Assembly (NCBI RefSeq): GCF_001194135.2
Contig: NC_068981.1
Span: 34,619,583 to 34,683,582, forward strand
Length of the DNA stretch: 64,000 bases
Source of the DNA: Octopus bimaculoides
Taxonomy: Eukaryota
Direction: 5' to 3'
The notes beneath the pieces are model-generated. The model had not been told where the DNA came from. It ran no database searches and was given only the letters and a program-made list of their open reading frames with translations. Both the position numbers and the translations under genes were made by a program. Below, piece after piece: positions 52,270 to 64,000 of this stretch; positions within the stretch are counted from its first letter, which is position 1, and each line of letters starts with the position of its first letter.

Positions 52270-52552
52270 ATCCAGAGAGGATTTTTAAAACGAGAATATC
52301 TGAAATAAACTCAACTGCTCTCACAAATGAGAATATTAAAAATGAACTCGACCGCTCTCATAAATTAAGTAAAAAAGCAGGAAAGACAACCCAGAATCCT
52401 TGTCCGGTACCAGTCACGAGGCCAGACATCCCTGAAAGTTTCATCCGAATCCATCCAGCAGTTCTTGAGATATCTTTCTCCGCGAACAGACAAACAAACA
52501 CGACTGAAAACAATACCTCCGCCTTAACGAAAACGGAGGCAAAATTGCGAAA
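52270..52552 (+). mobile_element. Helentron-associated (HINE-like) non-autonomous element end
   Basis: gaaagtttcatccgaatccatccagcagttcttgagatat...acaaacaaacacg...aatacctccgccttaacgaaaacggagg: short microsatellite plus terminal cctccg/cggagg hairpin. The assignment is from memory of such families. Confidence 0.55.
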
Positions 52553-52604
52553 CTTTCTAACCACACAACCATGTTACGCCTGAATTGTATGATGTGTTTC
52601 CTTT

Positions 52605-52790
52605 ACTTTTCAGAGCGTAGACTTTACAAACAGTAACTTTTCAGAGCGTAAACTTTACAAACAGTAACTTTTCAGAGCGTAAACTTTACAAACAGTAACT
52701 TTTCAGAGCGTAGACTTTACAAACAGTAACTTTTCAGAGCGTAAACTTTACAAACAGTAACTTTTCAGAGCGTAAACATTACAAGTAGTA
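52605..52790. repeat. 31-bp minisatellite, 6 units
   Basis: Unit acttttcagagcgta(g/a)actttacaaacagta; period checked at 52621, 52652, 52683, 52714, 52745, 52776; last unit degenerate. Confidence 0.97.
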
Positions 52791-52974
52791 CTCTAACTGC
52801 AATATATGCAAATTTGAGTAGGCATTTCAGTTTAATACGTGTTTAAGTGGGATTCGGATAATAATTGCTATGAAGTTCTTTTAGTGAGCAGAAGTGTTCA
52901 GGAGTGCTTCGCCTTCGAAGAGTGGTTAGGCAGCCATGGAACATGTCAAGCCAGTCTCCTTATTTTTCTATAAT

Positions 52975-53268
52975 AAAAAGGTAAAGAACCCCTTCCTAGA
53001 CACAAGTCCGAACAACATTGTTTATGGAAGACCAGCAGTCGCCCATGCATACTAGCTTCCCGTCTCCACGCCACCGATGTAAACCAAGTGAAAGGCAAAG
53101 ACCGATACAGTTTGGCACCAGTGACGTCTTAACTCATTTCTACAGGTAAGTGAATTGGAGCAACGTGAAGTAAAGTGTCTTGCTCAAGAACACAACATAC
53201 AGCCCGGTCCGGGAATCGAACTCACTACCCCATGATTGTGAGCTCTAACCACTGATCCATACGCCTTC
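52975..53268 (-). mobile_element. tRNA-derived SINE family F
   Basis: Minus strand gaaggcgtatggatcagtggttagagc...gagttcgattcccggacc (A/B boxes), then ttgagcaagacactttacttc. Degenerate plus copy at ~63440-63580. Confidence 0.8.
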
Positions 53269-53689
53269 ATTTTTCTATGTGCGAACAGAATAACGAAACA
53301 TATTTGCTTTAGCCTACATTCTATAGCGCAGGTGTTACAAACTGACTAAAATATATTATCATGTGTGTGGGCGCGTGCGCGCATTTGGGTATGTGTGTAT
53401 GTGAGTGTATACACATAATACATACATACACCCACATATGCAGATGTATGTATTATGTATGTATGCATGCATGTATATGTGTGTGTGTTAGTCACCAGAA
53501 TTGGCTTTCCATCGATATCAATATAACAGTGCTTATTCTGAGTCTCGAGTCATGGTGTGAAAAAAATGATTCGCTCTACTGCACAGGTCTTTCTCCCGAT
53601 TCACTATGGGTGTCAATGCTTATTCTCTTCAAATTGTGTTTAACTATATCCTTATATCTCAGCCGGGTTATTAAACTATAACTTTTATC

Positions 53690-55760
53690 AACACTAACAA
53701 GTTGTGCATAGTGTTTGTTTAAGGTGGAGATTCACTCATAAGTACAGATTTCCCTGCATCAGTATCTCTTCTATGTTAAGAAGCTTGGATTTCTCTTAGA
53801 TGATTTTCCTGATTTCGTCTTTCAGGATGATATTCTTTGTTTGCTTCAAGTTTGTTATCATAAATGCATACAGTTTCCCTTCTCCCTTTCTTTGTCTGTT
53901 TCTGGTATAATGTCTATGCCTGCGATCCATACAATAGGCTGGATAATATCAATGCTCAGCAAACTTTGCATTTCACTTGGACTATAACGTACTTGCTGTT
54001 CCAAAATTGCTCTCTGAACAGTATTGCTCGTGTTACTCAGATACGTAAAGTGGCTTACCTATATCAGCTCCTAATCTTCAATTTTGAAGGACACATACTG
54101 TACTACTTGTCTTGTGTTAGAATTAAATTAGAATTTCTTGATATTAATATTCAGCCTAAACTTTGTGGTTGCATTTCCAAAAGCACTACTCGGCCTTGCA
54201 TTCCATCTGTACTGAGGGAGATAAAAACACGATCATCAGTAAACGGTATTCTTCTCATTAAAATATGTTTAGTGTTAGTCTAAGCCAGTGTTTCTCAACC
54301 ATGTTTTTTTACCTAGGGATCTCTTTGATTCCTATTTTACTAGGGGGGGGGAGGCCCCTAGTCACCTGCTGTTAAAAAAAGACATCCAATTACATTTTTG
54401 TAATTAAATATTAGGAATTGTGTAGAAATATTATTAAAAGGTTTTGTGTATTGTAGGCGTATTAATGGATATAAATTTTAACAGCAAAATCTTATATGGA
54501 CCTCCAAGGGCCACATGGACCCCAGTTGAGAACCACTGGTCTAAGGTTTAATGTTTGATACTTAAATGAATTTAATATCAGATCTATAGAATGACTCTTC
54601 GAAAAATCGCTGTCAAAGTAAAAATAATGTTGACGCAAGTACACAGCCCTTCTTGAAGCCCACTATAACATCAAACTGCGCAGAACTGAGATTCAACTGC
54701 ATAACTTGGGCTCTTCTATCATTTTGAAGGGATTCAAATATATTCAATTAACTTTTTCTGACGTCCGAACCTTCAGCTGAATTTTTAGTTTTGAATACTT
54801 TCGTAAAGTCAAGGAAAATCACAAACAGTACCTTGTTTTGTTACATACGTTTCTCTTACATCTGAAGGACATTGAATACCATGTTCTATTTTCCTACTGT
54901 TGTGATTTGAGTATTGAACATGGCATAAATATTAGCCGATACTCAAGAGGGTTAGTGTCGTGGATTTGAGTGGCTGTCCAACGATCACTGGAGAGTTTCC
55001 CCAAATTCAGGGTTTTTATAACTGCTCATACACGAATTCTAGAACCGTACCTCGTGAAAGATTTCTTTAATGAAAGTTCAGAATTCGTATATGGGCAGTA
55101 ATTTTTAACCAATGAGAAATTAACAATTTCTCCTGTTCGGGCAAACGAACCTACGTTCTCTCTCCGCCTCTTATGAGTTTGCTACACTACTATCGGTTTT
55201 AGCCGGAGGCTGTGGCCATGCTGGGGTGCCGCAATTAAGATATTCATAACGCTTCTTCATCTTCTAAACCTCCATTGGGTTTCAGTTGGAACTACTAGCT
55301 TTTCTCTCGGATTTCTCTATTGAGCAACATATTTATGAGCATCTTCCTGAAAATAGCAAGTAGGAAAGCTCCTTAATAATCCCTGTATTCAATTCTATAA
55401 TCATTTTCGAATAAGCATTCTTCCAGCTGTGTGTGACATCCTCAGCTTATCATGGTTCCAGCATCAACTACTGAAAATATTTTATGGGTTTACTCTGTTT
55501 TCCAACACTTCTGCCGAAATCTCGTCCACTTCTACGGCCTGAGAGTGACCTCGTTGTGGCCAACATCATTTCTTCTACACTAGGTGGATCATCCATTAAT
55601 GTGATAGACAAATTTTCGAAGCTTTCAAGAAGGGCGGATAAACTCAAGAGAGGTAATGGCCTCTGATATCTACCAAGTGCTCCGAAGTAGCACCTCAAAT
55701 ACGCAGAGATATATCACTCTTTGGTCACCTACTGGTCGGCCGCTCCACTAACATGTAACA
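53690..55760 (-). mobile_element. Decayed RTE-clade LINE RT region, interrupted by two insertions
   Basis: In order on the minus strand: MDDPPSVEEM, YR...FLLAIFRKMLINMLLNR, VPTETQWRFRR*RSVMNI, [insert ~54880-55240], QNKVLFVIFLDFTKVF, FDVIVGFKKGCVLASTLF, [hAT MITE], FTDD (~54233-54244), AFGNATTKFRLNINIKK. Confidence 0.88.
54286..54538. mobile_element. 253-bp hAT (Charlie-like) MITE inserted in the RTE remnant
   Basis: TIRs cagtgtttctcaacc / rc cagtggttctcaact; 8-bp TSD gtctaagc (54278-54285) / gtctaagg (54539-54546). Confidence 0.92.
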
Positions 55761-56409
55761 GAATCAGCACATATCAGCCAGTTCTTGCCCACTCCGTATA
55801 CTATAGCTCACTGAGAGTGCGCTGCTAGTAACTGCAAAAGCTATTAGCACTTAAATCCCTTTCTTGTTAAATCTTATTAAATAATGTCAACAAGTCAAAA
55901 TAATATATATAAATATTCATACACACTGCTTCTCTCTCTCTCTCTTTCTCACTATTTATCTCTATATCTATCTCTATTTTTCTCTCTCTTTCTCTCTCTC
56001 TCTTACCCTCTCATTTAATCATACACACATATACACACATATACATACATACATATATGTGTATGTGTGTGTGTGTTCGTGTGTATGTATATACGCTTAT
56101 GCAAACATAAATATAGATAAATTCTTTTATATTATTGACTTGTTTTACCAATAGAGCGTTATAGGGCTTAAATCAATAAAGCTATTACTAAAACAAACAA
56201 GAAAAGATTACGCGGAAGCATGCTCCGAGTACTGCCAAATACTGTACATTTGTTCAGTACTGGGTGGGATTTCGTATTTTCTTATTTGTCACAGAAATGC
56301 TTACATGGAAATAAGTAGAAACTAGTTCTTTTGCTCCGCTGTCGTTCTATGTCTTGTAGTTAGCAAAGAAGCTCCTTTCCACCGCACTAATATTGTTGTT
56401 TGAGATTAC

Positions 56410-57172
56410 TATTGTTGTTGTTATTGTTGTTGTTGTCTTCTTCTTCTTCTTCTTCTTCTTCTTCTTCTTCTTCTGCTTCTTCTTCTTCCTCTTCCTCCTC
56501 CTCCTCCTCCTCCTNNNNNNNNNNNNNNNNNNNNNNNNNNNNNNNNNNNNNNNNNNNNNNNNNNNNNNNNNNNNNNNNNNNNNNNNNNNNNNNNNNNNNN
56601 NNNNNNNNNNNNNNNNNNNNNNNNNNNNNNNNNNNNNNNNNNNNNNNNNNNNNNNNNNNNNNNNNNNNNNNNNNNNNNNNNNNNNNNNNNNNNNNNNNNN
56701 NNNNNNNNNNNNNNNNNNNNNNNNNNNNNNNNNNNNNNNNNNNNNNNNNNNNNNNNNNNNNNNNNNNNNNNNNNNNNNNNNNNNNNNNNNNNNNNNNNNN
56801 NNNNNNNNNNNNNNNNNNNNNNNNNNNNNNNNNNNNNNNNNNNNNNNNNNNNNNNNNNNNNNNNNNNNNNNNNNNNNNNNNNNNNNNNNNNNNNNNNNNN
56901 NNNNNNNNNNNNNNNNNNNNNNNNNNNNNNNNNNNNNNNNNNNNNNNNNNNNNNNNNNNNNNNNNNNNNNNNNNNNNNNNNNNNNNNNNNNNNNNNNNNN
57001 NNNNNNNNNNNNNNNNNNNNNNNNNNNNNNNNNNNNNNNNNNNNNNNNNNNNNNNNNNNNNNNNNNNNNNNNNNNNNNNNNNNNNNNNNNNNNNNNNNNN
57101 NNNNNNNNNCTTCTTCTTCTTCTTCTTCTTCTTCTTCTTCTTCTTCTTCTTCTTCTTCTTCTTCTTCTTCTC
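56410..57172. repeat. (GTT)(CTT)(CCT) microsatellite spanning an assembly gap
   Basis: CTT/CCT repeats on both sides of N 56515-57109. Confidence 0.93.
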
Positions 57173-58853
57173 GTTCTTGTTGTTGTTGCTTAACTCCAGG
57201 TCAAATCTGGACCTAACTATTTGTATATCAGGAATTATCCCCTCCAATATATCCGCCCTCCTTGTTTTGTTTTTTTTCTTCTTTTTTTTTTTGAAGACGG
57301 TAGAGTGTGAATTGAGGGAAATTTAGTTGCCATTACTAGCAGATCGAGTGACCGCGTAGAACCCCCTACCCAACTCATTCGGCGGCTCGTGACTTTACAA
57401 TAAAATAATACACGAACTGTTACAATATGACCAAGTCGATGCAGTGTGTCATTCTTTATAACTAGTTGACACGGTTCACCACATTACAACTAGGTTAAAG
57501 CAATATAACTCTAAAGAGCTAGTCTTAAATGTCTTAAGTTGCCAAATATCAAAATAATGCACTATCAAGAGCTGTATTAAATAGGAGAAATCTTAAGATA
57601 TATCAAATCTACATTAAGAAATACGTCTGATAAATTTGAGTTCAGATATAAGATCTTTTAACGGGTTCTGTTTTTATTTGATGACATAATGTCTCTGAAG
57701 CTTTATTCAGTTTGTTTATGGGTTTAGAATTGCTATTTGATGTTTGTTCAGTGGAAGCAAGCGAGTTATGACAATAAAATGAGTGTAATGATAGCTAGCT
57801 TAATGAGCTGTGTACTTTAAAGTAACTCGTTTAAATTCCTTAAGTACTGAGCGTGATTCCATGTAAGTTCGACTTTGCTTATCTTTTACATTCAGCAGCA
57901 AGTTTACCGAGACGATCGTTAATCGTCTTTAGAGCAATTATAAGTTACCTTTGGTTGATTTCAAAATCGGAACTGTTCTTTGACCGGCAGTGAATTGATT
58001 GAGTTGTAAGAATGTTGGATAGAATGCCTCGTGGAAATTGTTTCGACTTGCTGTGTTCTGAGTTCAAAACTTCCTAGGTCAACTTTGTTTTTCATCCTTT
58101 AGTGGTGGTTAAAAAGGAAAAAAAAAACTGCAGCAATTTAAGATGGTGGATTTACTGGCTTGTAGGAACGGGAGACTGGATGCTTTGCAGTATTTGTTTC
58201 AAGTCTGATGCAAGCATTTCGGGTCAGGTTTCCGATTTGAGGAGCCATTCCTTCCGCCTTCTGGTCTCCAAAACACAAACATTGCAGGATATAATTGAAT
58301 CTTTACTCAAATTACAGCAATATTAAATTGAGGTCGAACAAAATGGTCTCCCCAACGAGAGAAAGAGAGGGGGGATTGTGAAGAGGAGAAAGATGGGAAG
58401 AGAGAGAGAGAAAACAGCGTTTGTACTACAACTACACTTCGGTTCTTTTCTTTAGCTTCCTCTAATCATGGTTGAGCTATTTTCCTTCAGCCCTATTCTT
58501 GTTATTTACAATCAGCCTCACCACTGTCCTATGCTTCTTTTATAAAGCCTAATAAAGCTGAAACATGCCTGTCGCTTTCTCTAGTTAAATTTCAAGACCG
58601 GATCCTTACCAACCTGTATTTTCCATATTGTGCAAAACTTTTAGTCAGCTGATATCACTGGAGTTGCCTTTCTTGCTTCTTGCCTTTAGATTTTTCACAC
58701 CACTAGAGTGATATTTTACCCACTAATTACCGGGATGATTGACACATACATTTGTAAGATTCTACAATATTTCGGAATTAGCCATGGATGCCATATCTTC
58801 CCCCTTCTCATGTTTCCTATAGATGTGGGAAGCAAATATTTCGAAGAGAAAAC

Positions 58854-58909
58854 TAAGTGGTGGGATGTAAGTGGTGGGATGTAAGTGGTGGGATGTAAGT
58901 GGTGGGATG
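58854..58909. repeat. 14-bp minisatellite x4 (taagtggtgggatg)
   Basis: Four exact units read directly. Confidence 0.97.
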
Positions 58910-59199
58910 GAAGAAATAGCAAAAGATCAGACTGGTTCTTTATTTTGTGTTAGACATTAAGGTTAAGGTCATGCTGTAGCGTGTACATGTTTAAATTATT
59001 TTGTTTCCTCCTTTTGAGCTCTCATACCTTTCAACTGTGACTTTTCATTTTAATAAAAAAACGATTGTTATTGTTGCTACTATCTGGTCTCAACTCAGCT
59101 ATGATCAATCAGAATTCAGATGTGTTCCTACCATCACTATAATTATCATTCACCATTATAGCTTCTGGTTTGTGTTCATACCACTTTTCTGTCACACTC

Positions 59200-59385
59200 C
59201 AGCCTAAAATTCCCGATGCACTCCTTTACTGATAAATGCTTTCTGCATTTACTTAAAAAAGGATTACTACTTTCATCTCCTTTTCCACTGATTCTGCTTA
59301 TGCTCTCTGAGTGAGTTTTATCAATCTCAGCCTTTATCAAATTCGTTCTAATGGCTTCTTCTTGAGTGGCTTTGTTCTGATTAAT
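59200..59385 (-). mobile_element. Decayed R4/Dong-clade fragment
   Basis: QEEAIRTNLIKAEIDKTHSESISRISGKGDESSNPFLSKCRK parallels AAQEQA.RTN.IKAKIDK......CR.CG...ET..H..S.C. Confidence 0.65.
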
Positions 59386-60265
59386 TAACGTTCTGTGTTT
59401 AGATGTCGTCGAAGTCAACTTTGCTTTTTATTTTTGCAGGGTCAGTAAAATAAAGTACCAGTTAAGTACTGGGGTCGATGGCATCGACTAAACACCTTCC
59501 TTAAATTAATGGCCTTGTGTCTAAATTTTGAAACAATTGTTGTTGTTGTTGTTAGCAGTTCTGATCGTATGAGTTTACAAAGTTCCGCTTTGACAGTGGT
59601 TCATAAAGAATCTCTGGATGAATATTTTCTTTGTTTAGTTTAGCAACAAGAGGGCTTAGAATGTATAAACACGCTCTCCATTAACTGCGATAGAATAGAG
59701 GTCCATTTAAGCATTGTTTTTAATCGTGTTTATATTTTGTTTATATTTACAGCCATTTATTATGTCTATTTCGTTCTAAAATGAGTAATTTTGTAGTTGA
59801 TAGAAAAAAAGCTAACCACAACAGTGGTAGCTATTAATATATCCCACGAATTATTGCTCTAAAAAAGTAGAAACAATTAAGTAAATATAGTTTTTAATGT
59901 ACGCATTTATAATCACAACGTGAAAATAATAAAAGTGGCAAAAAAAAACATGAAATTGTATTACAAAAACATTGTAAGCAGTAACGAAGAAAACAACGCA
60001 GGCTACCTAACGTTTGCTAACGTTGTAAGTTGAATGCGAATGCTAGACATTAGTTAATATCAGTAAATGAAAAAAGTGTCACAAAAGAGAGTGCTTTCTT
60101 GTCTGAGGAATTTTTCCAAGTGTGGGCTAGTACGAAATTTACACATATCGTCTCTTTTCCCTTGCGTGGGTCGTTTGATTTTATTTGGTTCGAGTGCTAA
60201 ATGTTTAAGCATATTGCATTACGCTTTACTCTACATCGCCATTTATTATTATTAATATTATTATT

Positions 60266-60795
60266 GAGTGAGACAGCAGTGCATGCCATCAAAGTGACAC
60301 TGGGATAAAAAATATATGAAGCCCACTAAACCAATCATGACTACCCATCTGATAAGGGTACACCAGGCACATGCATCACAACCATATGTGCGCGACATGG
60401 TGGCTTCATATCAAAGTTAAACAGTGCATGAACTTTCAGGTGGGGCCCAGTTAGAATTGTCTTCAGGTCGAGTAGCCCATCCCACTCAAAAGGCACCTGA
60501 ATAAAGTTTGTTTAAAGATTTTGAACGAAACACCCATGTTTCTCGGGGTGAATTATTCAAACTCCAAAGAAATCCTCTCAAAACATGGCTATGATATCCC
60601 CCCCACTATTTCTGCTCGTGATCAGAGATTCACATATCGTCAGTCACTAAGCAGCTTAACAGGTTATGGTCAAGCTACTGACAAGCAAATCTGTGGTATT
60701 GAACAGAATATTTGCTGTAGCCCATTTTTTATACCAAGACAAAACATGTACATGATAACACTTCCAGTAAGTTACGATCAGAAGCCATGAGAGTC
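60266..60795 (-). mobile_element. Second copy of unclassified family D element
   Basis: Colinear with 28096-28670; AT-rich (ATT) flanks on both sides. Confidence 0.8.
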
Positions 60796-61899
60796 AATTA
60801 TTGTTATAAACATTATTGTTATATCAAAGAAATTAGATAGGTTTTGGAAGCTTCGTGAGTTTGTGTTTTATTTTTCTTGTTTAGGGGCTTCTCTTTGTTG
60901 TTTTTTATTGGTCTGAGCTTTTGAGTTCACAAGAGCCACAAGGGACTGATAAACTGTCTTTGTTATTCGATGTAAGGCACAATTTTTAAAAAGAAAGGAA
61001 CTTTTTCGGAAAAGAAATATTTTCAAAATGGCTTCGTTTCTGCAGGTCGACTAAATAGTAATAGCAGCAGCAACAGTAGTAATAACGTTAAGAACAGCAA
61101 TAGTATTAACAACAACAATGACAACAGTAACAACAGCAAGAACAATGACTTGTCAAACAAAGAAGCTCGCAGAATTTCCAGCTGGAGAGAGAAGTCTACA
61201 GCCAACGCCATCACTGCTATGGTAATAGTTTGTAACAGCAGAAACAAAAGTACCACCACACAAATAGTAAGTAATAACGATAGCAAGGACGTCAAACGTA
61301 ACAGCAAGGGTTTCTTCGCTGGAATTTCCTTCACAAGGAAGCTATACTGCTTCTCTTCAGAAAACATGTGGGTAAAACTAGAGGGCACGGCTTTAGTTTG
61401 GATAATTCCAACTGCAACTGCTCAAAAGATTGTTCTATATCGCTACACGAATTTAACAGCTTGTCGCCTGGAGATGACCACCAACGCACAATTAGAACGG
61501 GCTCTCCTCAATGTTCAGCAGGAATATTCGAGCAAGGTTGTTTGGTGGGGTTGAAACCGTATTCATGTCTGAGGCCCTCGCAATACAACATTCAGTGGTC
61601 AACCACCCAGTGATAACTTCGCTGTCACCCTCACTTATTTAAGAAAAAGGACGATATGTAATAAGGTTGTTAACTTTGTTGTTAGCGATTCATGTATATA
61701 CTACTTTTTAATATAATAAATTTTTACCACATAATTTTATATTCTTTTCATAATAATAAATTTGGGCACAGTTAGATCATCAACAACTTCTGGCGAGTCT
61801 AGAATGCCAATATCCACCAGAGATAGATCTCTGGTGGATATTGGCACGCTTAATGTTGGAGGGAGTGAAACTACTGGATGTAAAGTGAAGGAAACAGCA

Positions 61900-62120
61900 G
61901 AACTGTTTGGGACCACATTTGAGGTCCTTTTTAGGCAAAGCTTGAGCATTTGAAAAGGATCCTAGATTTCATTACCCTGCTGAATGGGGGTGGGTCTACG
62001 AGTAACTGTGAAGGGCCAACAACCTATATGTCTCGTTGGCCATCTCCGAGCTTTCTACCGTCCCAACTGAAACAGGAAGCGGGAAAGGAAGGCCCCATTG
62101 TTGCAAGAACTACAGTGTGC
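61900..62120 (+). mobile_element. Possible decayed LINE ORF1 (zinc-knuckle region) remnant
   Basis: RVTVKGQQPICLVGHLRAF resembles V.V.GR.P.C..CG..GH....C of L1/Tx1 ORF1; weak. Confidence 0.3.
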
Positions 62121-63774
62121 CATATCAGAAGCAGTTGCAACAGTAATAGCAAGGGTAAAAAGAGGGGTAACAATAACAATATCCGTGATAACATTAACAG
62201 CAAAAACCGATGACACTGACGACCGCAGCAGAAAAATGAGCAACAGTAGCATCAATAACATCAACATCAAATTCATCAGAAGAAGCAACTGAGAAGGCAG
62301 AAAATAATGAGTACAACAAAATAATCACTACCCAGGAGATATCCCAACCCAGCACTCTGTCGCCCTCTGCCTCTGGTCGTCCCCTCTTACAAGTACAAAT
62401 ACAGAAATGTACACTCAAGAAATGTGTTCTCGCTCCCTTCCGAGACGGAGTTTTCCGACCATACTTCTGGTGGTGAGGAGGAGGAATCACTGAAAAGCAA
62501 AGAAAGAAAGAAAAACTAAATTTAAAAAAAAAGAACAAAACACAATACAGCACGAGTACTGTATTGTGTTTTGTTACAATACAGCATTTTATCCTTTCGA
62601 AGTCGATAAAATAAGTACCAGTTGAGCACTGGGGTCGATATAATCGACAAGCCCCCTCCCCATAAATTCCAGGCCTTGTGCCTATAGTAGAAAGGATTAT
62701 TATAATTAGTGCATTGATGAATGCTCGCGAAATAACGAAGACGTTCAATGAACCATTTAATTATTAGAAGTGCTACTTTCTGATAAAATATTCTACTTGT
62801 AATTTTGATTAGATACATTTGTTTAATTACAATTCAGTCGATATCGAGCAGACCTATGACTAGAGATATTCCAACCATGACCATCTCATAGACTTCCTTA
62901 CATAATTGATTATGTAATGAAGATAATATAGTAATATTGTGCTTTGTTTTGTTTTGTTTTTAATACAGTTATATCTATTTCTAGCAAGTCAAACAACCAC
63001 TCACTATAAACCACCTCTATTAATTCAATACTGTAGTAACAGAAAAGACTGCTTTACTCTAGAAATTAACCAATATCTATCTTCTATTCATTAGGTCATT
63101 TGTACTTTACGACACAGCAAAATTTCTCTAGAAATACGCGATGTCCTACTTTCCATTGCGACAACTTCCAGATAAACCAATTTAAACACAAAGAACAATT
63201 TTTTTTTCATACGTACGCACGTGTGTTTGTGTGAGTGTGTGCGTGCGTGCGTGTGTGTGTGTGTGCGTGTGTGTGTGTGTGTGCGTCTACATCTATGCAA
63301 AGAGACATAAAGAGAAAGTAAAATCAAAGTTGAAAACAAGTAACGATATTTTAGTAATTTTTTACTGTGGCAAACATTCAGATGATATCTTCAATAAATG
63401 ATGATAAGAATAAGCAGTAATTATAAACTTAAGTGTGAAAGCCTAATGTTTAAGGTGTTGGGCTCACGATAATAGAGTCGAAGTTTCAATTCCTGAACCG
63501 GATCACGTGTTGGCGTTGTATCTTTAAGCAAGGTTCTTCACTTTTACATCTTCCAGTCGAATCAGCTAAAAATATGTACTTGACGAATGCTGATACAGCA
63601 CTCTCTTCTTCCAGCTGTCACACCTTCAGTGTTCCACTGGGTCATAATAGAAAGACCGAAAGGGTGTTTGTATCTCCCCGACGACTATACAAGCACCTAA
63701 AACAATTAACGAAAGCATGGTACCTGTTACCAGATCATACTTAGTGGCGGGTAATGGCTATGTTTATTTTTTTT

Positions 63775-64000
63775 TCTATACTCTTTACTCTTTTACTCTT
63801 TTACTTGTTTCAGTCATTTGACTGTGGCCATGCTGGAGCACCGCCTTTAGTCGAGCAAATCGACCCCAGGACTTATTATTTGTAAGCCTAGTACTTATTA
63901 TATCGGTCTTTTTTGCCGAACCGCTAAGTTATGGGGACGTAAACACACCAGCATCGGTTGTCAAGCGATGTTGGGGACAAACAGACACACAAACACACAC
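63775..64000 (-). mobile_element. SINE family A 3' half running off the window
   Basis: Near-identical to 15351-15550. Confidence 0.93.

Noticed and set aside
52605-52790. CRISPR-like 31-bp periodicity
   Set aside because: Units are contiguous with no unique spacers, there are no cas genes, and the context is eukaryotic.
58190-58850. Candidate exon or CR1 remnant in unique-looking sequence
   Set aside because: No convincing motif in any frame; cannot support either call.
62708-62755. Hammerhead-like ttgatga...gaaa...ttc
   Set aside because: Stem II cannot form and stem I does not pair in the required register; it is a simple cattga/tcaatg inverted repeat.

Overview
Repeat-dense, AT-rich eukaryotic genomic DNA from a gapped short-read assembly (about 5.6 kb of N in 16 gaps). 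The SINE families and extreme microsatellite load resemble an octopus/coleoid cephalopod genome (my recognition, not a database result). I found no host protein-coding exon, rRNA, true tRNA gene or CRISPR array, so the window reads as intergenic or deep-intronic. Most listed ORFs are microsatellite or N-gap translations. What can be supported is a layered transposon record: at least four tRNA-headed SINE families; decayed non-LTR elements of the L1/Tx1, RTE, R4/Dong, CR1-like and Penelope groups; two mariners with both TIRs; hAT and Tc1 MITEs with target-site duplications; and long-TIR foldback elements. The leads most worth follow-up are: (1) a minimal type-I hammerhead ribozyme fold with a variant core at 22948-22995; (2) a GGATC-ended long-TIR family, some members carrying internal TAACCC telomere-like repeats; (3) an unassigned ~600 bp AAT-bounded element found twice near R4/Dong remnants; (4) an orphan CpG-rich NRF1/ETS/YY1-like motif cluster at 42.8-42.9 kb; (5) a perfect 20-bp hairpin at 61805-61846. 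I cannot claim a new biological system from sequence alone.
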